From Octopus sinensis (taxonomy: Eukaryota), in assembly GCF_006345805.1 (NCBI RefSeq), contig NC_043001.1, positions 84,940,001-85,004,000 on the forward strand: DNA of 64,000 nt, read 5' to 3'. Under the pieces are notes generated by a model that did not search any database, had not been told where the DNA came from, and saw only the letters and a list, made by a program, of their open reading frames with translations. Shown in pieces: positions 1 to 14,306 of this stretch (positions within the stretch are counted from its first letter, which is position 1; each line of letters begins with the position of its first letter). The position numbers and the translations under genes were made by a program.

Positions 1-220
1 AATAAGGATTGTTTAAGGTTGTTGAACGAACCACCTATGTTTCCAAAGGTGAATTATCCAAACCACCAGGAATTCCTTTCAACACACAGCTATGATGCTC
101 CCCACTACTTCTGCTCATGATCAGAGATGCACATATCGTCAGCCACTAAGGGACATGCTCAACTGGTTAAGGTCAAACAACTGATAAGCAAATATGTTGT
201 TGTTGTTGTTATTATTATTA

Positions 221-264
<44 letters not shown>

Positions 265-289
265 TATCATCATCATCATCATGATCATC

Positions 290-1420
290 AAGGCGACGAG
301 CTGTCAAAATCCTCAGCACAGCGGGCGAAATGCTTGGCATTATTATACCGGTACTACGTTCTGAGTTCAAATTCCGCCGAAGTCGAGCTTGCTTTCATCC
401 TTTCGGCGGTTGATAAATTAAGTATCAGTGAAACACTGGGGTCGATGTAATCGACTATTCCCCTCCCACAAATCTCTGGCCTTTGCCTATAGCAGAAAGG
501 ATTATTTAAGGTGGCAAGCTTGCTGAATCGTTAGCACTCCGGGGAAATGCTTAGCGGTATTTCATCTGCCGCTACATACTGCGTTCAAATTCCACCGAGG
601 TCGACTTTGCCTTTTATCCTTTCGAGGTGGACACCACAAGCGCCTCCTATTGAACATCCCTTCCCGCAAAATTCTTGCCCTGGTGGCAAAACTTGAAACC
701 AATGTAATTATATATAATATATAATTTGAAACCAATATCATTATTTTCATTAATATATAAATTCCACCGAAGTTGACTTTGCCCTTCATCTCTTTGGTGT
801 CGATAATTTGAGTACCAGTGAACCACTAGTGTGAATGTAATCGACAAGTCCCTTCCCTCAAAATTTCAGGCATTGTGTCTTTAGTAGAAAGGATTATAAT
901 TATTATTAGTAGTAACAGTAGTAGTAGGAATTATTATTAATATTAATGCTAGTAGTCGGAACGCGGTGAACTGGCAAAATTGTTAGCATGCCGGGAAAAA
1001 AGCCTAGCGACATTTCATCCGTCTTCATGTTCTGAGTTCAAATCTCACTTTACATCCTTTCGGAGTTCGATAAATTGAGTACCAGCGAAATTGGTTATTC
1101 CCCTCTCCCAAAATTTCAAGCCTTGTGTCTGTAGTAGAAAGGATCATTATTATTGTCTTTGTTGTATCGTCGTCGTCGTCGTTGTTCTTTGAAGCAGAGA
1201 ACTGGTAGAATCGCTAGAGCATCAGACAAAATGCTTAGTCGCTTAGTGGGATTTCTTTCGACTCATTAACTCCTTTGTTCAGATTCTGCCTCAGTCAACT
1301 TTGCCTTTCATCTTGCACAGGGTTGTAAAATAACGTATCAGTAAGTACTAGGATCGATGTTATCGACTAACGCCTCCCCTCAAACCTGTTAGATTTTGGC
1401 CAAAAATTAGAAAGAATCGT
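290..1420 (+). mobile_element. Cluster of about 5 diverged family-A SINE copies separated by (ATT)n/(GTT)n tails
   Basis: Recurrent GGCGAGCTGGCAGAA..GTTCAAATTCCGCCGAGGTCGACTTTGCCTTTCATCCTTTCGGGGTCGATAAA..AGTACCAG units starting near 290, 508, 760, 958 and 1195. Confidence 0.8.
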
Positions 1421-1626
1421 CAATATTATTATTGTTGTTGTTGTTGTATTTGTCATCGTAATCGCTGTATTTGTTGTTAATAATTTTTGTATGTTGTATT
1501 ATTTTCATTGCATGCTTTCAGCACGCAAACGAATATAGTACCGTGTCCCCTGCGTACGTGAAGTATATTCTGTTTGTGTTCCTATTGTATTTAAATTTTC
1601 AATTAGGTCATATATGATGTACAGTG

Positions 1627-1689
<63 letters not shown>

Positions 1690-1928
1690 AGGTTGGGGCA
1701 TAATTATTGCAGCTTTTTTAAATAAATTTTATTCAACAAAAACAATAACAATATTTAACAAAAACATTTTTAAATACCGTCTGGCCGTCTACCAAACAAA
1801 TGGGAGGCAGTAATTGAAGTAGATGGGGAATATGTTCCGGAATAATAATTTAAAGATGTTTTTGTTACATGTTGTTTTTGCGAAAACAAATTTGTTGAAA
1901 AAACCCGCAATAATTATGCACCGGCCCA

Positions 1929-1977
<49 letters not shown>

Positions 1978-1982
1978 AGTAC

Positions 1983-2052
<70 letters not shown>

Positions 2053-2593
2053 TATCCCTTTTATGTATGTGCTTACATATGTGTTGTACGTGTGATGTTT
2101 GTGTGTTTATCATGAGATTTCTTTTATGTATTATTTATGAGTTTACTCAAGTGGGGATAATTAATGTCAATTTTAGTCGAATATTTGTTTCGGAATAGAG
2201 AAACAGTTGGAAGCATCGAGCAATACCCTTTAACCCTACTGCCTGGGCGACATTTTTGTTTTCAAATTTCAATTAAACATTCTTTTAGAAAAATAAAAAA
2301 AAAATACTGAGGAAAACGTTGATAGTTTTTAAAGAGGGAAAAGTAAAGAAGTAGATAGAGTCTCCTTTGCTGTTCGATGAGAGATAAAAGTGAAATATAT
2401 TGGTAGTTTATGTCATGAGAATTTGGGAACTTCAAAAGAAAAGAAGTATATAAAACTTTAGGTAAATTCAAATATTTTAATGACATTAAATTCTAAAGGC
2501 AAAAATCACTGCATTTTAACGAGGAAAAAATATTTTCGCTTATCGTAGATATATGAAAACTCCATATCTGTATCGTTAGTATACTGGGAAAAA

Positions 2594-3005
2594 GGCGGCG
2601 AGCTGGCAGAAACGTTAGCACGCCGGGCGAAATGCGTAGCCGTATTTCGTCTGCCGCTACGTTCTGAGTTCAAATTCCGCCTTGGTCGACTTTGCCTTTC
2701 ATCCTTTCGGGGTCGATAAATTAGGTACCAGTTATGCACTGGGGTCGATGTAATCGACTTAATCCGTTTGTCTGTCCTTGTCTGTCCCCTCTCTGTGTAG
2801 CCCCTTGTGGGCAACAAAGAAATAAGTATAGTGGGAAAAAAAATCGTTACGGTCTTTCGTCCGTCTAGGAGTAAATTCCAATGACGCCGAATTTGCTTTT
2901 TATTCCTTCGGGATCGATAAAATAAGTACCAGTGTAGTACTGGGGTCAACGTAATGGACTTAACCCCACTCCCAAAATTGCTGGGCTTGTGTCAAAATTT
3001 GAAAT
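2594..3005 (+). mobile_element. Family-A tRNA-headed SINE, near-consensus copy plus a head-less second unit
   Basis: A-box-like TGGCAGAAACGT, B-box GTTCAAATTCC (2668-2678); central CTTTCATCCTTTCGGGGTCGATAAA..AGTACCAG resembles the Meta-SINE central domain (from memory, not aligned). Confidence 0.85.
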
Positions 3006-4581
3006 CAATATCAGCGAGTGACTTGCGCTCGCAGAACAAATGAAGTAGTGGCGCTAAGGAATGTTGCGAACTAAAACGGTGGAACTCGAAGTGAATAAAT
3101 CTATAAATAGTAAGATGTAAATGATGGTTGTATTTTAAGGAGAGCATATAATGCTTGTTACGATCATCAACAGTGAAAATCCGATGAGCAGCAATACAAA
3201 GTCAATATTAGGAAAACCTTCACACAACAGTAAAACTCAGTATTGCAACGAGTAGCAGTAATAGCAACGTGTGAACATTACAGCCAAGAGATATGATTAT
3301 AACTATATGGCAAAGGAAATTGGCAACAAAAACGTAAATAACTAGCTACAGTTACCTAATGTTCATAAACTCAGATATCCGGAGTCTGAGAATGCGGATG
3401 CAGGCGTCATGTTCCCGTGAAAATTAAAGTAACGCGGAACTAAATTCATTTTAGTGTACATTATAAAAGCAGTGACGCGAATTATAATTACTCTGACAAT
3501 ATTATGTCAAGAATAAGAAAGGATATTTATATAAGATATGCTATTATTTATGATGCCAGTATACACTTCCAGCTTTCAGGCAATGACAGCTGTTTCTTTT
3601 GTCAACCTTTGCTATTACTATGGCAAAACATCTGCTTCTTTCAACTTGTTACTTGCATATGCTCGTCAAGTTGGGTTAGCGGTTCTGTTTATCACCGCTT
3701 TTCCTTTCACTCTCACTACATATATCCTCCCAAATCCAGTATTATATCCTTAAGCAAATCCTTCTTCAATAGAACTTTATACTTGTAGATTTCTACACGT
3801 TTGTTTCCAGCAGTAAATCATGTCCAACATGTTTACGACAAACTTGAACTACATTAGTGTCACCGCATTGAAGGTTTTTGGAAACCAAACAGACATCGCG
3901 TTAAATACAAAACATTACGTTTACATTTGAGTGGTTTTCGTAAATCTTCCTAGCCATACATCATCCACTCCTGTAAGTCAGCCAACAGTTAAGAGAAAGT
4001 ACCAAACGGATGCAAGTTTCCTGTTATTGTTATCGATTTGTCGGCGTACTTAAATAATATAATGCACTAAAGCTACAAGTTCTGTTACAATAAATTAAAC
4101 ATATGGAACCGAAAGATAATCGATAATCTATTTATCGAAAAGTAGCGTCAATATAAATATATATGATAGATGCTATCATTCAAGATAATTAGTATTAAGA
4201 AACTATGTAAGGTGGAAAAATGGAGTGAAACTTTGAGCATCCGTTACTATTATTTTCATAAGAAATAACAGAAATAGATATATTTATCTCATGGGTTCGA
4301 CCTCCGCTTTTATTGATGTATTATTATTTGATGTAAATTAAAACACTTTCTACATAGAAAATTGTTATTAAATCTTTCTATGTCTGTGGAATCACTGACG
4401 CTTTTCATTTCTCTAGAAAGTGTATCATCACTCATCGATGATTTCCACAATTTGACTCACACGTCTATCACTTTAAAAGACAGCGTATTACTAGTTGGTG
4501 ATTTGTATTCGATACCGGACCCAAAAGTTCTATGCACACATGTCAACATCAACAGAGATGCGAATCAGTCTCTACAAATAT

Positions 4582-4960
4582 CTGTCAGAGACGTTAGCAC
4601 GACGGGCGAAATGCGTAGCCGTATTTCGTCTGCCATTACGTTCTGAGTTCAAATTCCGCCGAGGCCGACTTTGCCTTTCATACTTTCGGGGTCGATTAAA
4701 TAAGTACCAGTTACGCACTGGGGTCGATATAATCGACTTAATCCGTGTGTCTGTCCTTGTTTATCCGCAGTCTGTGTAGCCCCTTGTGGGTAGTAACGAA
4801 ATAGGTATTTCGTCTGTCTTTTTCGTTCTGATTTCGAATACCGCCGAGGACGATTTTGCGTTTCAACCTTTCGGGGTCGATAAATTAAATACCAGTTGTG
4901 TACTGGGGTCGATCTAATAGAGTGGCTCCCTCCTTACAAAACTGTAGGCTGTGTCCTTAT
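4582..4960 (+). mobile_element. Family-A SINE dimer
   Basis: Full unit followed by a head-less unit through the junction AAATAGGTATTTCGTCTG. Confidence 0.8.
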
Positions 4961-5452
4961 CATTGTCCTGTGTTCACAACTTAGCTCCTATTTAATTGGC
5001 GTATGATTAAAAGATTTCCAGTCATGACCATCCTGTCTTTTAGGTATAGTGTGCCTGTGCTACATTTTCCCAAACAATATCTTTCAATGACAAAATTGTC
5101 CAGTATGAAGGGTAAGGGATTCCGTTGCTATTTCCAGCTGGTTGTGTAACCACATAGAACCTGCAATTCTAATAGAATTTTGCTTAACTTCTCACTATGA
5201 GAAGTTATGCATGCACTTATAAACAAACATGCACACACGCACGAATACATGCATATAAGCACATATACACACGCTTACAGTATCACAATATCTCGTGGAG
5301 TTTAATGTAGATTTTCTGTAGATTGAAAGCCTACCAGGCCAAGGATTTTCTAAGCATCATTCAAAAATGACAATTTCTGTTGATCCCATACTAAACTACA
5401 GTATCTACAGCTTCCGTAACAGCCATCCCCCACACACACCAAAACACACACG

Positions 5453-5531
5453 CACCACCACCACCACCACCACCACCACCACCACCACCACCACCACCAC
5501 CACCACCACCACCACCACCACCACCACCACC
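5453..5531 (+). repeat. (CAC)n microsatellite, about 26 units
   Basis: Direct read; source of the spurious poly-Thr and poly-Trp ORFs. Confidence 0.98.
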
Positions 5532-6194
5532 GCGCACCCATTAATCCCTTACTGCAGCTTTAGCCTGTCCATCAGTTGCTTTGATCAGTCGTTTCAAAGT
5601 TCATTTCTGATGTCTTAAAGTTTGCCCCCACTCCTTGAAACATTGTATAGAGTAAGGAATGTGTGTTCATGATGATATATTCCACTATCTCACTATCAGG
5701 AAAGCCGTTTAAAGTGACTGGGTGTCTTGACGTTATTGCCTAAAAGGAGCAATGTGTTGCTGAATACATTTCGCTTAGCAATATACCTTTCTAAAGCAGG
5801 GCAACAAAATAGAAATCGTAAGCCAGTGTTTCGAAAAGGTTCATCGACTGATGTGCCTTACTTGAAGAATGGAAACACCACAGGAGGTTAAATTTAAAGT
5901 TAGCCCTAACATTTTATGGGTGATGTGGAAATAGGAATGCTAATTTTGTATCGCTAGCAATATTTCTTCACACAAGAGATGTTTTGGTGGGTTTGGAAGT
6001 GAGTTTCTCATTCACCTAAAAGAAATGATAGCTCTTTAAGGTATACAATTTAAGGAAAACGCAGTGCCACCAGCGCTATACTTTTGATCTGGAGTGTAGT
6101 ATCCTTAGATCGATCGTAGGTCACAGTACGGCAGAATGAGTAACAACTTCCATGTCAACGCTGGTAGCTTCACGGATGATTTTAATATTGGCTT

Positions 6195-6630
6195 CAAACT
6201 TTGCCACAAGGCCGGCAATTTCGTGTGAGGGGTAAGTCGATTATATCGACGCTAGTGCTTAACTGGTATTATTTCATCGACTCCGAAAGGATGAAAATCT
6301 AAGTAGATCCTGTCAGTTTTTGAACTCAGAACTTCAAGCATGGAAGAAATGGCGGCAAGCATCTTAACCGGCACGGTAATGATTCAGTTAACTCACAGCT
6401 TTATGGGTCATTTTAATATGATCTCAACTTTTGGCAAAAAGGTCGGTAATTTGGGGAAAGAGTAGGCCGATTACATCGATCCCAGTACACAACTGGTATT
6501 TATTTTATTGACTCTGACAGGATGAAAGGCAAAGTCAACCTCGGGAAGAATTTGAACTCAGAGCATAAGACGGAAAAAGTGCTGCTAAGCATTTTGGCTG
6601 GTGTGCTAACGATTCTCCTAGCTTGCAGCC
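6195..6630 (-). mobile_element. Two diverged family-A SINE copies
   Basis: Reverse-strand GGATGAAAGGCAAAGTCAACC..TTTGAACTCAGA motifs at about 6290-6330 and 6520-6565. Confidence 0.7.
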
Positions 6631-6805
6631 TTACAGCTTATTTTAATAGTGAACCAAAATTTAATTCCTTGAAAATGTTTTATATCAGAAGCTGCATACG
6701 TTTTGCACTTCTTCATACTTTTAGCATTGGTTTGGATGACCACAGCGTTTATCAAAATGTTGTGATCAAACTCATGATTATTTAACGAAACCAGAACTCG
6801 TTTTA

Positions 6806-7060
6806 TTAGTTTTCAGCAGATCTTAGAAAACATAATATCCGAATATTTAACAGATTAACTACTTGAGCATTAGATCTAATTTTGTCTTTATTGTTACTTA
6901 TTGTTACTGTAGATATTGCAAGCTTTCGTATATTTAATATATTTTCAATATGGCTGAGTTCTCCACTCATGTAACATCTTTGTAAAATATCAAGCTTAAC
7001 GTCCAGCATAATCTCTTTATGATTACTTTTTGTACTATTGTCTTGATTACTTCTTGTTGA
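6806..7060 (-). pseudogene. Tigger/pogo transposase N-terminal (CENP-B-type HTH) remnant
   Basis: IMLDVKLDILQRCYMSGELSHIENILNIRKLAISTVTISNNKDKI resembles the Tigger TLDVKLDI..GE..I...L..STV.TI..NKDKI motif. Confidence 0.6.
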
Positions 7061-7697
7061 CTGCTTTCCCGTCACTGTCAGTATTGATATTGCACTATTC
7101 TCTATGCATTTGAAGTTAAATCTACCGCTGGCGCAGATGAGAAGAAAATTCCCCACTAAATAGTAAAACTGTAGAATCTGAGAGGAAGCTAGAAAATGAA
7201 ATGGCGGAAGAGTTATGTGAAATGCTAGGAGTTGCAAGATGTAGGTGTATGCAATTTGTGATTAATGATAGTAAAGAGAGACAGGATGAAAATGTTGAGA
7301 GCAATGAATTTCTGGTCCAGTTGAATTGAGGAACGCACAAGTAATGTGGGAATAGAAGGCGCAGCAGATATTAGTAATATGGCAACAGTAACGGAAAATA
7401 TGATGTGGAAAGAGCAAATGGACAGGGATTTTGGGACCAAAGAAAAGCAAAGGACGTGTATGGAAAGCCAAAAATTTAGTGAATTACATTCGAAGGCGGT
7501 AGATGTAACAAGTACAAAAATGACAGAGAAATGCATTTTATTTCTAAAAAAAAAGATTCAATATATTAATAAGTGGCAACACACGAAAATTCTTGGACCT
7601 TGAGTCACTCTGCTACTTCGGCTAAATATCAATAAAAAAACACATATACTCTAAGTTCTATATCTGCATTAACATCCCACTACATGCATGCATGCAT

Positions 7698-7817
<120 letters not shown>

Positions 7818-8059
7818 TATATATTTTATAATTATGAGTATAATTATAATTAGGGTTCAGCAAAAATTTGCTGCGCCACATACCAAACTTTAGAAATAGC
7901 AGCCAAAGAACCTTATCTACTTCTACTATAAGAAGAAACTCCCGGATAACGAATACTCAAAAGAACCCGCTTAGACAGAGAAGGAAAAACAACGAAATTC
8001 ACTTGGTATTTAATTACTTAATTACTTATATATGAATATATAAGTATAATATATATATA

Positions 8060-8092
<33 letters not shown>

Positions 8093-8095
8093 GTA

Positions 8096-9525
8096 GGAAT
8101 TTACAAAATACAAGAGACGAAGGCAGGTGTGTAAACAACAAACCAGTGTATTAGTTTAACGCTCGGGAAGGTGAGAAAGTTTTAAACGTTTCGAGCCTAC
8201 GCTCTTCAACAGAAAGGAAAACAAGAAAATAAACAGGGAGAGAATAAAAAAAATAAAGCTTTAGTAGTTAACAGCCAATAATGGTGATAGCCGGAAAGAG
8301 GTGGTCAGACAGGTGAGCTAGGATTAATGGGAGATAATAAAGTAGTGGTGATCCCAAGGCGAAGGTGAGCGTTCGTGTGTATATTAGAATGTGTGTGCGC
8401 GTGTGGTTAGGGGATGGTGACCTTGACATGTGGGTGAGTGCATGTGCAGGTGTGTGGATGATGCTGTGGGTGCTGGGAAGTGGACTCTGCTGGTGTGTGC
8501 GGGGTGGTGTGATGTGGTATGGTGGATGTTTTGGTGTGTGGTGTGTTTCGGTGCTGGGAATTGGTCAATGCTAGTACGTGCAGGGTGATGGAATGTAGTG
8601 TGGTGTGTAGTATGCGAGTGTTGAGGATTCAAGTGTGCGGTGTGGGGGTAGAAGTGTGGTATGTGGGAGTGGGGTATGAGGGTGGGTTATGCGGGTGTGG
8701 AATGTGTGGGGGATGGGATGTATATGGATGGTGGGGTGGAGATATGTAGTGGTTGGGTAACGATGGGGGAGGTGGAGAGGTAGGGACAAGTGCAGCAGGG
8801 TGGTCGGGAGCACGGGATCGAGCCGAGATGGGAGTTGGGGTTAGGGAAGTAACTGTCGACCAGGAGGCCAGGTAGGTTGTGGGCTCCTTTGAAGGAGGGA
8901 AAGGGTAGGTAATGAAGATGTGCGAAGTGGAGGGGTCGGACTGGAAAAACCGGAAGTCTCGGAGAATGGTGCGTTGGATAGGTAGGATGGAGGGTTGGCA
9001 GGTGAGGGGAAACGGGAGACGGGTGTCAGTGGGGCGGGTGCAGGGCGAGAAAGCAGATGCACCGTCTACGGAACGTGTGCTCTGACAAGGGCAGTGTGGA
9101 CGAATTATGAGGTAGCGTGCCATGAGTCTCAATGATTGTCAGAGCCTGCGTAGACCAATGAATTGGAAGAAGGAGATGGAGAGCTTGGTGTGTTTAGGGT
9201 GTGAGGAGGAGAAGTTGAGGTATGAGTGTGAGTCGGTGTGTTTGTAGTGGATGGAGATGGTGAGAGTGACCGAATTGTTGAGAAACGCGATAGAAGTTTT
9301 AGAAATAGTGGAGGAGAAGTGGAGGGCAGGATGGGAAGATCTAACAAAAGACTGGAAGGAGTCTAGTAGTTCGCGGGAGAGTGAGGTCGCACAGATAGTG
9401 TGGACAATATAACGACCGTATAGTTCGGGAGTGGGACCAGTGAATCTTGAGAATATTTGGGCCTCAACGTAGCCAACGAAGAGGATCGCATATTTGGGGC
9501 CCATTCTCGTTCACATGGCCATTCA
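8096..9525 (-). mobile_element. 5'-truncated, decayed Penelope-like retroelement (RT C-terminus/thumb, linker and 3' tail)
   Basis: ORF 9139..9504(-) MGPKYAILFVGYVEAQIF...PELYGRYI..HPALHF..HYKHTDSHSYLNFSSSHP..LRRL matches PLE RT motifs (MGPxYAxLF, YxRYIDD with DD lost, YKPTDSHSYL). Next frame has LPFPLTCQPSILPIQRTILRDF..QSDP. The tail ends in the GAAGAGCGTAGGCTCGAAACGT motif and (TA)n. Confidence 0.85.
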
Positions 9526-9829
9526 CAAGAACCCATTTACCCCCACAAATACAAGTCCGGACAAGGTGGTTTATGGAAGACCAGCAGTCACCTGTACATA
9601 CCAGCCTCTCCTCTCCATGCAACCAGTGTTATCCAAGGGAAAGGCAAAGAGGCCGATACAGCTTGGCAACTGTGACGTTGCAACTCATTTCTACAACTGA
9701 GTGGACGGCAGCAACGTGAAATAAAGTGTCTTGTTCAAGAACACAACACGCAGTCCTCTCCGGGATTCGAACTCACAATCTCACGATCGTAAGCTAGACG
9801 CTCCGACCACTGAGCCATGCGCCTTCACA
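9526..9829 (-). mobile_element. Family-C tRNA-headed SINE
   Basis: Minus strand starts GAAGGCGCATGGCTCAGTGGTCGGAGCG..GAGTTCGAATCCCGG (A and B boxes), then GTGTTCTTGAACAAGACACTTTA. Related copies at about 35200-35402(-), 46630-46770(-, partial) and 52470-52580(+, decayed). Confidence 0.75.
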
Positions 9830-9920
9830 CACAAACACACACACACACATATACATATATATGTATATATATATATATGTATATATGTATATATACATAC
9901 ATATATATATATATGTATAT

Positions 9921-9955
<35 letters not shown>

Positions 9956-10054
9956 GCAATGTAGCAATAGCTTCGTAATAAAAATAATAAGTGAAAGTTA
10001 TTCATCCAAATGCAGCTTATATGTTTGTGTATATATACAATATATATATATATT

Positions 10055-10102
<48 letters not shown>

Positions 10103-10711
10103 CATACACACACACAGGTAAACATACAGATAGCTGCAGTTAAAGTGAGATAGGGCGGTAATAAGTGTTGTAACGATAGCACTAGAAAGTTGGGAAAAAA
10201 TCATGGAAAATAACTTGAAATATTTTGGAAAAAAATTGCAATCTATTAATATTTCAAACCATTCCATCAAATAGTTTCAAGTTCTTTTGAAAATTTCTGA
10301 GTGGAATCGGGTGGTATGATAAAAAAATTTGTTCGTTCAATATTTGAAAGTATCTTCCTAAGTAACCTATTTTTCTTTTTTCTTTTTTTTTCTTTTGTTT
10401 GGCATGTATTACTCTTTCTCATTCTCTCATGCTATATATATATATATATATATAAACATTATTTACATATGTAATAATACATGAATTCATTAATATATTT
10501 CTTGCAACAGCTGCTTATGCGTATATGTAGAGTTGAAAATGTTATATTTCTATACGGACATGGTTTCTACTGTCACTGTAATCTTTTGCTGGATAAAGAT
10601 TTTCATCAGACGTCTGAGAAGGCTGGTGACGGCGAAATGTATTGACTCTCAACAATTTATTTTGGGACACCCACGCACACTTACACACACTTACACATGC
10701 ACGCACGCACT

Positions 10712-10753
<42 letters not shown>

Positions 10754-10816
10754 TACACTCACTTAAGTTTGTGTGTGTATGTTTGAGTAGGCATATATAT
10801 ATATATATATATACTC

Positions 10817-10916
<100 letters not shown>

Positions 10917-11188
10917 ACTAGATTGTCCGTAGGGTCAACAATAGTTCAAGGTACGCGAAAAAACACGGGTATCTCGCGAATTCGTGGACCAATCTACGTG
11001 AAACTTCTGTTGGAGTGAACTAAAGTTAAATATTTTAAAGCTTATCAAATGATAAGCATAAAAGGTATGCGCTTACTTTCTTATTTAATCCACAGCAAGT
11101 GTTTCTAATATTTAATCTTTTTATTGTGTGTGTGAAAATTTTTACCTGGTAATGTTTCTTTTAAATTTTGAAGTTATATCCGCTTGAA

Positions 11189-13884
11189 CAGTGGTTCTTC
11201 ACTTTTTTACTACAATCCCTCCCTTAGGAAAGTTTCCTTCTCTCCGCGCCCCTCCCCCGCTTCTATGAATAAAATTCTCTCCCAAATTTTAGATAAAATC
11301 TAAAATATATTTTTAGTCTTTTTATTGGATACGAATTAATCACATTATGCAAAATATGTATAATTTTATATATAATCGCATTATACAACAAGTGAGATTC
11401 TTAGCAAAAAAAAGGCTTTTGCATTTAATATGAATTAGTCACATTCTTAGTGAGATACTTGTCATTGCATCTTAACTACAAGATCTTGAATGCATGGTTG
11501 AATGCCAGAGAGTGCACAACGTAAGTCCCTTTCTACTTTCAACCTGTTTTTGTACTTGTTCTTGACAGCAACGAGCAGGGAAAATACAGCTTCATAAAGA
11601 TACGTAGATCGAAACATAGCTGAAATCCGAAGAGCCTGACGTGATATCAGAGGGTAAACAACAAGGTACTTAATCCATAACGATTCAAGATCCAGTTCTT
11701 TAAAGTCTTCCTTAACTGTGGAGTTGAAATTCAGCTCAAGAAACTCCTCTTGCACTTCATCCAAAACACCAGTCACTTCAGACTGTAATGGGTTCCTGAT
11801 GAATTTCCAAGCTTCTCGCTTTTTATCGATATCTGGGAAATATCTGATGAATTTTGTCTTCTAGTCAGTTAGATGAGTGATTATTTGTTTCTCAAAATCA
11901 AGGTTACCCTGAATGAGAGCAGAATCCAGGTAACTAAAACTGGCTGTATTTCTCTGCTGAATTCTACATTTCCAGAGGTCGAGTTTGGCCATGAGGGTTC
12001 GAATGGTGCCGTGGTGCGTGAGAAAGTTTTCCCTTGTAGTTTAAGTTCGAGAACATTTAACACTTCAAAGATGTCCACGACGTAAGCTAGAGATAGTTGA
12101 AAGCCTTCAGACTAGAACTTGTCGTGGGGATCTGCCTTCTTCTGCAAATCTAAAGATTTTGCTACTTCTTCTCATTGTACATAAAGCCGTCCAAGCATGT
12201 CCCCCTTTGATAGCCATTGTACGTTCGTGTGAAAAAACAATGGTCCATGTTCAGATTCCATATCTTTACACAACAGTTTGAAAAGACGACTGTTTAATGC
12301 TCCACCTTTTACAAAGTTGACAACCCATTTCAGTAGATAAGGTTCTGGATGTTAAGACTTCACAATGAAGTATGCAGTGTGTACCTACAACAGACGATTT
12401 TGTTTTCTTTCACCCTAGTAATGAATCCCGACTGCAGTCCAAGCATAGCTGTGACTCCATCAGTGCACACCCCTACCAGCAAATCCTACGAAAGTTGGTT
12501 TTCCTGAAAAAAGGTTGATACATCACAAAAAACAGCTGCTGCTGTCATACAGCTATCCATAGGCTGATAGAACATTTCCTCTTTTGCACAGTTGCTTGAG
12601 ACAAAACGAGAACACTGAGAGATGTCAGTTATTTAGTCACACTGGATGGCAAAAACAGCAGGAAAATTTCTTACTCGGTCTAGAATTTGATCTTTGATAT
12701 CTTGAGACAAGTCGTCGATCTTTCCAAGACAGTATCGTTTGATACTGAAATCTGGGAAAGCGGATGGCATAAAACAGGAGAATCTTTTACTTGGTCTAGA
12801 ATTTGATCTTTGATATCGTCGATCCTTCAAAGACAGTATAGTTTGATAGTGAATTTTGAGAAAGCTTGTTTGCACTATCTTTCCCAAGAACAAGTTCTGC
12901 TGCGCGGAGTATACTGCGTTTTATCGGAGGCTTTCCGATGTTAAGGCTCTTCTTTCTCTTTGCAATCAACACGGCGATCACAAGGAAGCCTCAACAACCA
13001 TTGAAGTTTGTTGCCAAAATACCGCACTATCATCTAAATTAGCTGGCTTCGAGAAATATCTTTTTGCATTGTCCTCAAGTGGCATTCCAAGCGTGAGGGT
13101 CACATTTCATCAATGCTCAAAGTTTTGTAACATATCACACACTGGCGGACTTCTGTGTCACCCTTTTGGAGGGACACGAATCCAAATTATTTGACGTGCA
13201 GTAGACAACACAAATAAGTGAACAAAAGACAAGTCACGTGTAATGTCAAAAGAAACTAACGAAAACATTTGGAATAAAACGAAAGAATTTGGAATAAAAG
13301 TTAAATTAAAAGTTATACGAAAAATGTGTACAATACAATATTGAATTTATTTGTAAGAAAATGTAATTTTTTTTAAAAAGAAAGGGTTTTGCGTAGCTTT
13401 CAGCTTTACCTAATACTTTCCGTAATGTTTATATCTAAAGTTCAGTATAACATTTCAATTTATACCATAATTATTTTTCTTACAAATAAATTTACTATAT
13501 TTGTAACATAAATATTTAATATTGATAAACTTGGTTTTATTGATAAATTCTTTTTATTTTACCTATCCCTGTTTTAATTTTTTCTTGAGACTTTATTATA
13601 GTGAGCGATAGTAGAACCTATTACATACTTTTTTCTTTTATTTCTTATTTTTAATTATAACATAATTTTCATCTTGCTAAAATTGTGAAATAGTTTTAAA
13701 TTTTTTTAATTAAGTTAATATTTCTTACTATGTTACTATGATGATATGATAACGTTTCAGAATGTCTCTTGATTTTTTATTATTTGACCATGCTCTAGGT
13801 AAAAGAATAAGAAATATAATTAGAAAAATTCTCATTTTTCCCCACCGCCTAGTGCAGCGCATCCCCCAGGGTTAAGAACCATTG
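11189..13884 (-). mobile_element. hAT (Charlie/Buster, ZBED5/ZBED8-like) DNA transposon, decayed transposase, both ends present
   Basis: TIRs CAGTGGTTCTTCAC (11189) and reverse complement CAATGGTTCTTAAC (ending 13884), 12/14 match. Flanking 8-mers CGCTTGAA / CGCTTCAA (7/8) fit a hAT-type TSD. Minus-strand fragments: IAKRKKSLNIG..RAAELVLG (12796-12981), FAIQCD, and the dimerization domain FRSTYLYEAVFSLL..KNKYKNRL..ERDLRCALS (11462-11776). Confidence 0.9.
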
Positions 13885-14075
13885 CGCTTCAATATGTCAA
13901 TCTATTTTTCGCATTATATGTTCAAATATATTTTCGTCTTTTACGATTTTGAATATTCGCCCAAACATATGCACATAACACTCATACATACATACATATA
14001 TATACACATAGATAGATATACATACATATATATATAATTATTTATGTATTTATATATATATACATATATATATAT

Positions 14076-14306
14076 ATTTCTTTACTACCCACAAGGGGCT
14101 AAACACAGAGGGGACAAACAAGGACAGACAAACGGATTAAGTCGATTACATCGACCCCAGTGCGTAACTGGTACTTTTTTAATCGACCCCGAAAGGATGA
14201 AAGGTAAAGTCGACCTCGGCGGAATTTGAACTCACAACGTAACGGCAGACGAAATACGGCTACGCATTTCGCCCGGCGTGCTAACGTTTATGCCAGCTCG
14301 CCGCCT
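14076..14306 (-). mobile_element. Family-A SINE, near-consensus copy
   Basis: Almost exact reverse complement of the copies at 2594 and 39297. Confidence 0.88.

Noticed and set aside
2594-2680. tRNA gene suggested by A and B boxes
   Set aside because: No cloverleaf; it is the head of a multi-copy SINE. The same applies to the family B and C heads.
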